A stretch of DNA of 32,000 nt. It comes from Candidatus Saccharimonadota bacterium (lineage in GTDB: Bacteria > Patescibacteriota > Patescibacteriia > 2-12-FULL-60-25). Position numbers and translations under genes: made by a program. The DNA lies in the NCBI GenBank assembly GCA_963718585.1, contig OY970357.1, positions 480,001 through 512,000 on the forward strand, in the 5' to 3' direction. Below are positions 15,428 through 23,071 of the stretch, piece by piece. The notes below the pieces were generated by a model that saw only the letters and a list, made by a program, of their open reading frames with translations, did no database searches and was not told where the DNA came from. The first letter of the stretch is position 1, and every line of letters begins with the position of its first letter.

Positions 15428-16828
15428 TCAGATGTCGAATCCGAATCGGTTCAATATCTCCACCGCCTCCAGGTTCTCGGACAGTTCCGGATAGCGGTAA
15501 TCGTCTTTGTCATACGGCGTGGACCCGAGCCCGAGAAACGTGGTCCGCACATCCGTCAACGGGACATAGGTATGATAGACCCCGGCCGGGACACGCAGTC
15601 TCGGCATTTTTTCATTCGTCTCCAGCGTAAAGACCGGAACATCGTGCGACGTATCTGGCGCATCGATCCCCAGGATCACGCCGACGGTCTTGCCTCTGGT
15701 CGGAGAATCTACGCGAAGATCAGACAGGATCCATAACCCGACACCGGACATCGGCACGAACAATTCATGCAAAACAGGATGATAATGGCCGCCACGGAAC
15801 ACGCCGCGCCCTTTGGCGGATGTCGCATAGATATCCTGCAGATCGTGGCCGAATCCCGCGGAGTTCCGCGTGCCGCCTGGAAGGACATGTAAGACCGCGC
15901 CCGCCTCATCTCCGATCCGCGGTTGGAGCTCGACCGCAACGCCGCCGATCCCCAACGCGTGCCATGTTGGCGTGAATGGCGGTGGTGACGAATGCAGGTA
16001 TTCGCGTAATGCCTCTTTCCAGTCCCGCATCTTCGGTAGTTTTGTTGATGTCAGCACGCTGTAATCCGGACGTGCGGCCGGACGTTTGAGTGATGACGGA
16101 TCGCGCGGCGCAAACTCTACCGGGAGATCAAGGATCTTCCCGATCTCGCACGCCCACTCATGCCACGTGGCACCGCCTTCATTCGTCATGTGATAGACCC
16201 CCGGCGCTGGGCGTTGTTTCAAGAAATGTTCATCGAGATGACGCGCGACGTCATCTACATATGTTGGCGCGGACCGTTCCCCGCTGTTCACCAGCACGCG
16301 TGCCGCTTTTTGTGCATCATTCACGATGATCTCAACGAAACTCGGCTTGGATCCCGGTTCATCCGCCATCGGCCCATACAGACGAGAGAGACGGATCACG
16401 TAGGCGTCCGTATTTTCACGGAGCACTGCCTGTTCGCCCGCGAGCTTGGACGCGCCATAGACGCTGATCGGATCCGTTGCATCATCTTCCACGTACGGCG
16501 TGTCCGATGTCCCGTTAAATACATAATCTGACGAGAAGTGGATGAACCCCATCCCAAGCCGCTTTGTGGTCTCCGCAAGCATCTTCGGCATCTCGCCATT
16601 GAGCCGCATGGCGATAGCTCTGCCATCCCCCTCCGCACCATCGACATTGTTGTAGGCAACGCAATTGATAGCCATTTCCGGAGCTTCGGTGCGTAAAAAC
16701 GCCTCGACCGCCTGAGGGTCAAGGTGATCGAAGGCATCCGGCGCCGGAGCGACCACCTCATGATGTGGCCACGATCGACGCATGGCGCTCCCAAGACGCC
16801 CGGAACCACCTAATATCACGATCTTCAT
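15428..16828 (-). CDS. Fusion protein: RmlD-like sugar-nucleotide 4-reductase (N-terminal ~285 aa) + cupin/RmlC-WxcM-like domain (C-terminal ~175 aa), 466 aa
   Basis: N-terminal part: MKIVILGGSGRLGSAM...INCVAYNNVDGAE...HFSSDYVFNG...PISVYGASKLAGEQ...VIRLSRLYG, which is the RmlD pattern with YxxxK. C-terminal part: IGGVAVELQPRIGDEAGAVLHVL...FRGGHYHPVLHELFVPMSGVGLWIL...VPAGVYHTY, which is a cupin. Confidence 0.8.
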   Translation of the reverse strand: MKIVILGGSGRLGSAMRRSWPHHEVVAPAPDAFDHLDPQAVEAFLRTEAPEMAINCVAYNNVDGAEGDGRAIAMRLNGEMPKMLAETTKRLGMGFIHFSSDYVFNGTSDTPYVEDDATDPISVYGASKLAGEQAVLRENTDAYVIRLSRLYGPMADEPGSKPSFVEIIVNDAQKAARVLVNSGERSAPTYVDDVARHLDEHFLKQRPAPGVYHMTNEGGATWHEWACEIGKILDLPVEFAPRDPSSLKRPAARPDYSVLTSTKLPKMRDWKEALREYLHSSPPPFTPTWHALGIGGVAVELQPRIGDEAGAVLHVLPGGTRNSAGFGHDLQDIYATSAKGRGVFRGGHYHPVLHELFVPMSGVGLWILSDLRVDSPTRGKTVGVILGIDAPDTSHDVPVFTLETNEKMPRLRVPAGVYHTYVPLTDVRTTFLGLGSTPYDKDDYRYPELSENLEAVEILNRFGFDI

Positions 16829-16859
16829 GCCCGCATTTCAGCACGGAACGCCGTTCTGT

Positions 16860-17270
16860 TCAACCAATGGAACTTCGGATCTTTTCCGCGATCTGCTCCG
16901 CCTCACCTTCAGCGTAGGGCCTCCCGGGCCAATGTTTCAATCCATCGTCTGCCCGACGCGGCACAACATGCACATGAAGATGCGCGATCACCTGGCCTGC
17001 GATCGCACCATTATTCTCTTCGAGATTGAACGCCTCACAGATCCCGCTTGTCACAAGAGCCCTTGAAACCGACTGCGTTGCACGGATGAGCCGATCCAAT
17101 GTTTCCGTGTCCGCCGCATTGAATCCTTCTACGTGCACCTTCGGCACAACGAGGACGTGCCCCGGATTCACGGGATTGATATCGAGGAACGCGTAGATAT
17201 GATCATCTTCGTACACGGACGTGGACGGGATCTCTTTGGCGATGATCTTGCAAAAAAGGCAGTCAGACAT
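16860..17270 (-). CDS. HIT-family (Hint-like) nucleotide hydrolase/transferase (136 aa)
   Basis: CLFCKIIAKEIPS...DINPVNPGHVLVVPK...GQVIAHLHVHVVPR (the histidine triad HxHxHxx). Confidence 0.9.
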   Translation of the reverse strand: MSDCLFCKIIAKEIPSTSVYEDDHIYAFLDINPVNPGHVLVVPKVHVEGFNAADTETLDRLIRATQSVSRALVTSGICEAFNLEENNGAIAGQVIAHLHVHVVPRRADDGLKHWPGRPYAEGEAEQIAEKIRSSIG

Positions 17271-17282
17271 ATGGGATGATGA

Positions 17283-17645
17283 TCACTCTGTTCTACCGAA
17301 GATGGCGACAAGCGACAAGACGGCGATGACGCCATAGGCACCGAGGAGCACCAGTCCGCTCAACCCCAACGCATTGATGCGTGTCCACAGAAAGAACCCG
17401 CCGAACAGCAACGCAAGCGCGATGAACACGACTTGGAGGATCTGTGACACGCGTCCTGTTTCCGACGGCATCGCAGCAGACGCGACGAGGAGTGCGGCAA
17501 CGACGATCCCCGTATCCGGCAGATCAAGGAACGGGGAGACTGACCCGGGAAGCAAACGTTCCAAAACGAGCAAGAGGACATAGCCACACGTCGCGGCTGC
17601 GGCCGCATGGAAAAAGGATCGCTGGAGAAAATGCTTCAGGGTCAT
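17283..17645 (-). CDS. Small 4-TM membrane protein (120 aa), unknown family
   Basis: I start at ATG 17643-17645 (MTLKHFLQ...), which forms an ATGA overlap with the stop of the upstream gene. There are four hydrophobic segments. I recognise no family motif. Confidence 0.6.
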   Translation of the reverse strand: MTLKHFLQRSFFHAAAAATCGYVLLLVLERLLPGSVSPFLDLPDTGIVVAALLVASAAMPSETGRVSQILQVVFIALALLFGGFFLWTRINALGLSGLVLLGAYGVIAVLSLVAIFGRTE

Positions 17646-19093
17646 AACCGGTGCCATGCATTCGCCAATTCCTGACGAAGGATCTTCCACCAATCTCCAA
17701 AGGTCACAGCCTGACGATGGAAGGTCAGATCGATCTTTCGGATGTCGATCGCCCCGGCGCGTGCCATGAGGCCTGGTGCGGACACCACGAAACGCAGATT
17801 ATCGAGCGTCGGGTCCACGGTGAAGCTTCCCGTATATCGATACCACCCGTCACCAAGCGCCTGCGGACGCGTGTACGGCGTCAGGACCGCGGTGATCCCG
17901 TCTCGCTCCAACTGCGTCCCATCTGACATCCGTCGCGGACGCGGTTCAAAGAACGCATCTTGTCGCAAGGCGAAAAACCCATCGCCGACGAATCGGACAT
18001 CCCCTTTTTCCGCAGAAAGTTCCACCGGCGTGGTGATGTCATCGGTCCGGTCAAGGCGGATCTGCGTATGCGTTGCCGGTATGCGTCCAGATGTCGGTCC
18101 AAGATCCACCTGTTGGAGACCCTCTACATGGAATGTCTCGGCCACGATATGGCGTGAATTGGTCCATGCGATCGCCGGCGAAGTGGTCGCGGAATAGCCG
18201 ACCAGATCACCGAACACGAGACGCGGTCCTACGACCCACCGACGACTATCTGTCTCGATCGCGCGGATGAAGACATCGTCTTGTGCCGTGATGCTGATCC
18301 GATAGATGCCTACGTCCGCGTTCGGGACATCGACCGTGTGTGTGAAGGCGGCCCCCATCGTCGCATCACGACTCCCGGACAAAGTGACCGTCTCTCGCGA
18401 GATCTCCGTATCATCGCGGAACACGCGGATCGCGGCGACATCCCCTCCCGTTGTCCGATTCACTGCCTGAAGCGTGAACGTCATATGCACATGGCCATCC
18501 GGAACGATCCAAAAATCATGCGAGCCGCGTAACGAAACCACGGTTTTGACGCTCGGCCCAGGCGGATCCGCGATGTTCGGCCACGAGGCGGTCGCATCCC
18601 AGACCGCAAGACCACGCGTATCCGGGTTCGAGAGACGGACGGGCAGCGTTCCCTGTTTGACGTATCCGGACATCGCCCCTGATATCACCGGGGTCCAAGC
18701 AGCTGACGCAAGTTCGGAGGAATACATGGGCTGAAGTTCCAGATCTTGCCCAGCTGCATCACGCACGATCCCGAAATCCGCCAATGGCTGTCGGATCGGA
18801 CGAAACTCCATCGAAACATCCACCTTTTCGTACGGGCCGGGGGCATGCACCGTAAAATAGACTGGATCCGCCGTGATCCGCTGACCGGTCCACCCATCCG
18901 CCTGGACGCCCGGACTCGTCGTCCGCAACGCAGGCAAAAAAGGCATGATCCACGCACTCTTTCCATCAACGTCCGATGAAGCATGAAAAACCCCGGATGG
19001 CGGAAACCGAAGCAGAACGAGCCACCCCACACCAAACGCCACGATGATCCATGGCAGAGCAAAGAGGACGGAAACGAGTCGTGGAAGCTTCAT
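17642..19093 (-). CDS. N-terminally anchored extracytoplasmic protein (483 aa), no recognisable domain
   Basis: N-terminal TM LVSVLFALPWIIVAFGVGWLVLL followed by ~450 aa of beta-strand-like sequence (e.g. HMTFTLQAVNRTTGGDVAAIRVFRDD, IYRISITAQDDVFIRAIE). It is ATGA-coupled on both sides (19090-19093 and 17642-17645). Confidence 0.7.
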   Translation of the reverse strand: MKLPRLVSVLFALPWIIVAFGVGWLVLLRFPPSGVFHASSDVDGKSAWIMPFLPALRTTSPGVQADGWTGQRITADPVYFTVHAPGPYEKVDVSMEFRPIRQPLADFGIVRDAAGQDLELQPMYSSELASAAWTPVISGAMSGYVKQGTLPVRLSNPDTRGLAVWDATASWPNIADPPGPSVKTVVSLRGSHDFWIVPDGHVHMTFTLQAVNRTTGGDVAAIRVFRDDTEISRETVTLSGSRDATMGAAFTHTVDVPNADVGIYRISITAQDDVFIRAIETDSRRWVVGPRLVFGDLVGYSATTSPAIAWTNSRHIVAETFHVEGLQQVDLGPTSGRIPATHTQIRLDRTDDITTPVELSAEKGDVRFVGDGFFALRQDAFFEPRPRRMSDGTQLERDGITAVLTPYTRPQALGDGWYRYTGSFTVDPTLDNLRFVVSAPGLMARAGAIDIRKIDLTFHRQAVTFGDWWKILRQELANAWHRL

Positions 19094-20634
19094 GGATTCA
19101 ATGAAGACGCAATGTACATCGTCTGATCCCCCGCGACAAAGACCGGATCCAGGCCGATCCCATCATCCGAGAACGACGCGATCCGATCATCCGTCAGCGT
19201 CTGGCTATAAAGATAGACCGGGTCCCCGTTGTTGATCTCCGCAAGCAGCTTGCCATTCCCCGGAAGCGGGCTTGCTGAACGGAAGACCGGAAAAAAGATC
19301 TTATCGCTTCGTTCAGAGACCACGACCGCGTCTGGTGAGAGCGTTTGCTCGGCCGCATCACGGATCGCTCCGTACCCGGAAAGCTCCACCAGGGACTGTC
19401 GAATGCCTTCATCATCGCGCACCGTCGCGGTCCATACGCCATACGAAACGATCAGCAAACAAAGTACTGCGACAAGCAAACCAGAACCTTTCTTCATCTT
19501 TTGTCGCAAAACATGGACGAGACCGGCGGCAGCCATCGCAAACACCGGCGCGAGCGGGATCACATACCGTAAGAAAGAGTTCGCCGTAGACACCACGTTC
19601 ACTCCGACGTGATCCTGATAGATCGCCTCGCCATACATCGCTGCCAGGACCACAAACGTCCATGCACCGATAACGACTGCCGGCCGCCAGGACTTCTTCC
19701 ACAGACTCACGACCGCCGCGCCGACCGCTAGTGCGCTCCAAGGCCCTAAAATGGCGCCGAGATACCAATAGACATTGAAAAAGACGTCGCGCGGATGGAC
19801 CCCGAACGGCCACGATGCCGCCGTACGCGCGATCGCGGGGCCTGCAGATACAGCTGCCGCGATCGGATCATGGAGAAAGTATCCGATCGTGAACGGCGCT
19901 CCATACGTCATCCACGCAACCACACCGACGGCCGCGCCGACGAGCGCCGTTGCGATGATGAAGACGATGAAGGCCACGCGTTCCTTCCGTTGCGGCATCT
20001 TCGTCTCACGCAGGTGCCACGCGAGCCAGAGCCACGGGATCAACCAAAAAAGCTCGACCGGACGGATCGCGATCGCGAGTCCGCAGGCGATTCCAGCGCC
20101 AGCCATCCTGAAGGGATCTCGTTTGGACCAGATCAAATAGGCCGCCCAAACGGCGAGACAGACGACAGGCAGATTCGGGAACAGCCCTCGATTCGCGTAT
20201 AAGATCACGGTCGGATGTGCCAACCAAACGGTCACCGCCGCGATCGCCGGCCAGCGCCCAAAACGTTTTCCCCAGACCCAAATGGGATACGCCGTGATCA
20301 GGACGAGAAAAGCGGTGAAATAGGCCAATGCGAGATCTCCAAGAAAGAAATGCAAGACCCCAAGGATGAACGGCAGACCAAGGAAACCGACCGGGACGAT
20401 CCAACCTCCGCTCGTCACATAACTCCGCGGATGCAGCCACGGGGAGACGTCCGATGAGGGTTCCGCGATCCGCATTGCGCCGGTCGCAGAAAAGACACGA
20501 GCGGAAACCGCGTTCGCCGTCTCGTCCGGGCTCAAAAAAGCGCGCGTTCCCTGCGCGGGGATCATCGTATAAAGCGCGGCGCAAAGCGCGATCAACGCGG
20601 CCGCGATGGGGATGGCCAACCAATGGCGACGCAT
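19090..20634 (-). CDS. GT-C fold membrane glycosyltransferase (ArnT/PMT/GT39-like), 514 aa
   Basis: There are 10 or more hydrophobic helices. An acidic SPDE motif sits in the first extracytoplasmic loop, right after TM1, as in GT-C enzymes. A C-terminal ~110-aa soluble tail follows. Confidence 0.7.
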   Translation of the reverse strand: MRRHWLAIPIAAALIALCAALYTMIPAQGTRAFLSPDETANAVSARVFSATGAMRIAEPSSDVSPWLHPRSYVTSGGWIVPVGFLGLPFILGVLHFFLGDLALAYFTAFLVLITAYPIWVWGKRFGRWPAIAAVTVWLAHPTVILYANRGLFPNLPVVCLAVWAAYLIWSKRDPFRMAGAGIACGLAIAIRPVELFWLIPWLWLAWHLRETKMPQRKERVAFIVFIIATALVGAAVGVVAWMTYGAPFTIGYFLHDPIAAAVSAGPAIARTAASWPFGVHPRDVFFNVYWYLGAILGPWSALAVGAAVVSLWKKSWRPAVVIGAWTFVVLAAMYGEAIYQDHVGVNVVSTANSFLRYVIPLAPVFAMAAAGLVHVLRQKMKKGSGLLVAVLCLLIVSYGVWTATVRDDEGIRQSLVELSGYGAIRDAAEQTLSPDAVVVSERSDKIFFPVFRSASPLPGNGKLLAEINNGDPVYLYSQTLTDDRIASFSDDGIGLDPVFVAGDQTMYIASSLNP

Positions 20635-20707
20635 GGTCTCAGTGTATCATGGATGGCTTGCTTTTTCGTATCTTCTGGTCTCCATTCGGATATGCTAGGG
20701 TGGCATT

Positions 20708-22195
20708 ATGACAAACCGTCTGTACGCTATTTTGATTGCGGGCGTCCTCTGCGCAAACATGGCCTTGGTCCCATTTGCGGCATCTGCGCAAACATTGGCA
20801 CTTGATCCTGGCTTCGATCCCAATCACATCCTTGATGACAGCGATATCTTCGACGTCAATGCGATGGATCACGCTGATCTGATCACCTTTTTGCGTGCCA
20901 AAGGCACACTCGCGAACGCGCAGGTGACGGATATCGATGGGGTGACCAAGACCGCAGCCGATGTCATCTGGCGCGTTGCGAATACGTATAAGTTGAACCC
21001 GAAGTATCTATTGGCCTTGATCCAAAAGGAACAATCGTTGGTCGAGGACCCCGCACCGTCCCAACGACAATTCGACTGGGCAGCCGGATACGGCGTCTGT
21101 GACTCCTGCAGTACGAACGACCCCTCGATCTCAGACTTCAAAGGATTCGCGAATCAGCTTGAATGGGCCGCGAAACAATACCGTGAAAAATATCTTTTAC
21201 AGATCCTTTCCGGCGGAACGACCCTTGGAGGAACTCGCCCCGGTCTGACCATCGACGTGGATGGGATGCCCGTGACGCCGGTCAACAATGCCACTGCCAT
21301 GCTCTATGCCTACACGCCGCATCTGCATGGGAACCTCAACCTCTGGCGCATCTGGCAACGCTGGTTCAGCCAGGCGTACCCGGACGGCACGGTCGTCAAG
21401 TCAGAACCAAGCGGGAACATGTATTTGATCCGCCTTGGCCAAAAGCGTCTTTTCGCCTCCCCGGCGGTGGCGATCTCCATGACCGACCCGGATAAGGCGA
21501 TCTCGACCTCAGACACGGATCTAGCATCGTATCCGGACGGGCCGGTCATCCGCTTTCCGAAATATGCGCTGGTCAAGGACCTCGAAGGTCGGATCTATCT
21601 CCTGACCGGGGATGTGAAGCGGCACATTGAGAACATGGAGGCGTTCCATAAATTTGGATTTAACGAAGACGAGGTAGTGACCGTAGACAATGATACGGAG
21701 CTCACAGACTATCCAGATGGGCCCTCGATCTCGGTCGACACGCAATTCCCGCAGGGCGTCGTCCTGCAGGATGCGACCGGCGGAACGCTGTGGTATGTGG
21801 AAGACGGCGTCCGGCATATCATCATGGATCCGGTCATGCTGGCGCTCTACTTCCGCGGGCGGAACGTCCGTAAAGCCGAGGCAACTGAACTGCGCAATTA
21901 CACGGTCGGTGATCCGTACCAGTTCCATGACGGAGAACTCGTAAGACGTGATTCCGAACCAGCGGTCTATGTGGTCCAACAAGGGACCCTCCGGCCTTTC
22001 CTTTCTGCGGATACCTTTGAGTCCATGGGGTACCAGTGGCAAAATGTGGTCATGGTTTCAGATGCCGCATTGAACGGGTATACTATCGGCGCAGCCATGA
22101 GCCTCCAGCCAAACGTTCCGACCGTACCGCAACCGACCACGCTCACGGCCTCAGACTCCACTGGAACCGTCTCCGCGGCGTTCGCAAACGAGTAA
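20708..22195 (+). CDS. Secreted protein (495 aa): signal peptide, conserved N-terminal domain, four tandem ~58-aa repeats, Pro/Thr-rich tail
   Basis: Signal peptide MTNRLYAILIAGVLCANMALVPFAASA/QT. The N-terminal domain contains NPKYLLALIQKEQSLV. The repeat pattern is described in the next feature. Confidence 0.8.
   Translation: MTNRLYAILIAGVLCANMALVPFAASAQTLALDPGFDPNHILDDSDIFDVNAMDHADLITFLRAKGTLANAQVTDIDGVTKTAADVIWRVANTYKLNPKYLLALIQKEQSLVEDPAPSQRQFDWAAGYGVCDSCSTNDPSISDFKGFANQLEWAAKQYREKYLLQILSGGTTLGGTRPGLTIDVDGMPVTPVNNATAMLYAYTPHLHGNLNLWRIWQRWFSQAYPDGTVVKSEPSGNMYLIRLGQKRLFASPAVAISMTDPDKAISTSDTDLASYPDGPVIRFPKYALVKDLEGRIYLLTGDVKRHIENMEAFHKFGFNEDEVVTVDNDTELTDYPDGPSISVDTQFPQGVVLQDATGGTLWYVEDGVRHIIMDPVMLALYFRGRNVRKAEATELRNYTVGDPYQFHDGELVRRDSEPAVYVVQQGTLRPFLSADTFESMGYQWQNVVMVSDAALNGYTIGAAMSLQPNVPTVPQPTTLTASDSTGTVSAAFANE
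21377..22096 (+). repeat. Four tandem protein-level repeats (~58 aa each) inside CDS 20708..22195
   Basis: aa 224-281, 283-341, 347-403 and 407-463 share the pattern [FYH]P.G.lV+....g.vYl[il]..G.kR.[if]......f...g[fy].....v..v....l..Y..G. Examples: GNMYLIRLGQKRLF, GRIYLLTGDVKRHI, GTLWYVEDGVRHII, PAVYVVQQGTLRPF. Confidence 0.65.
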
Positions 22196-22233
22196 GATCT
22201 TCTCGTCGTCTCCTTTCGCCTTCTCCCCCTCCT

Positions 22234-23025
22234 ATGATCGTCTTCGGGGCCATCGTCCCCCACTCACCGATCCTCGTTCCCTCGATCGGAAAAGAGCATC
22301 GCGACAAATTATCGGCGACGATCGGCGCGATCAAAGAGATCGAACAAGCGCTGTACCTCGCCAAACCTGATACGGTCGTCATCATCGCGCCGCACGGTGC
22401 GCGATATCCGGATGCATACAGCATCAATCTCGCAGATCATTACACCGGAACATTTGAGACGTTCGGTGACTTTTCGACAAAAGTTGAGGCGACGGGCGAT
22501 TTCATGATGATGGACCATCTCCAACGCAAGCTCCGAGAAGAAAAAGTCCCCTTCACCCTGACATCGTCGGATAAACTCGACTATGGCTACAGCATCCCCA
22601 TCTTGATGCTGATGTCACAGCTGCAAAACTGGAAACTCGTTCCCATCTCTCCGTCGATGTTCGATGGCGCATCGCATTACGAATTCGGCAAACAACTGAA
22701 ACGGATCCTGCACGCGGAAGAGACCCGCGTGGCCATCATCGCGAGCGCAGACCTTTCGCACAAACTCGGTCCGGATTCCCCCGGCGGCACATCAACACAG
22801 GGACCGGCATTCGATAAAGCCGTGAATGAAGCCGCGGAGAAACTGGATGCCGCGTCACTCGCCGCCCTCAGCTCCGATATCGTGGAAGGCTCCGGACAAT
22901 GCGGATATCGTCCCATCATGACCCTCTTGGGAACGCTCGACGAGATCCAAGTCACACCAAAGAAGCTCTCGTACGAAGCTCCGTTCGGCGTGGGATATTT
23001 GACCGCGCGGTACGACATCAAATGA
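22234..23025 (+). CDS. LigB/Memo-superfamily protein (class III extradiol dioxygenase-like), 263 aa
   Basis: MIVFGAIVPHSPILVP...VVIIAPHG...IIASADLSHKL...GQCGYRPIMTLLG...FGVGYLTARY. I start at internal ATG 22234. The upstream extension overlaps the previous gene. Confidence 0.6.
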   Translation: MIVFGAIVPHSPILVPSIGKEHRDKLSATIGAIKEIEQALYLAKPDTVVIIAPHGARYPDAYSINLADHYTGTFETFGDFSTKVEATGDFMMMDHLQRKLREEKVPFTLTSSDKLDYGYSIPILMLMSQLQNWKLVPISPSMFDGASHYEFGKQLKRILHAEETRVAIIASADLSHKLGPDSPGGTSTQGPAFDKAVNEAAEKLDAASLAALSSDIVEGSGQCGYRPIMTLLGTLDEIQVTPKKLSYEAPFGVGYLTARYDIK

Positions 23026-23071
23026 TCCGGACTTGCGGATCCTCGAACCGCCATGCGGTAATGATTGATGT

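Noticed and set aside
16860-17270. Idea that the HIT protein is a dedicated sugar-nucleotide phosphorylase/transferase of the glycan pathway
   Set aside because: The sequence looks like an ordinary Hint-type HIT protein. Only its operon position suggests a link, and I see nothing in the sequence to support a specialised role.
20006-20623. 205-aa minus-strand ORF in an alternative frame of the GT-C gene
   Set aside because: It is on the same strand but out of frame with a 514-aa multi-TM protein that has coherent hydrophobic periodicity. The alternative frame is Arg/Gly-rich.
22036-22233. 66-codon extension of the LigB/Memo-like ORF, plus similar extensions at 14036-14266 and 25190-25384
   Set aside because: These extensions overlap the preceding genes and are Arg-rich. 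The conserved family N-termini begin at the internal ATGs I used.
23026-23071. Hairpin gatccg-gacttg-cggatc after the LigB/Memo-like gene as a terminator
   Set aside because: The stem is only 6 bp with a 6-nt loop, and no T-run follows. It is probably a by-product of the GATC-rich composition.
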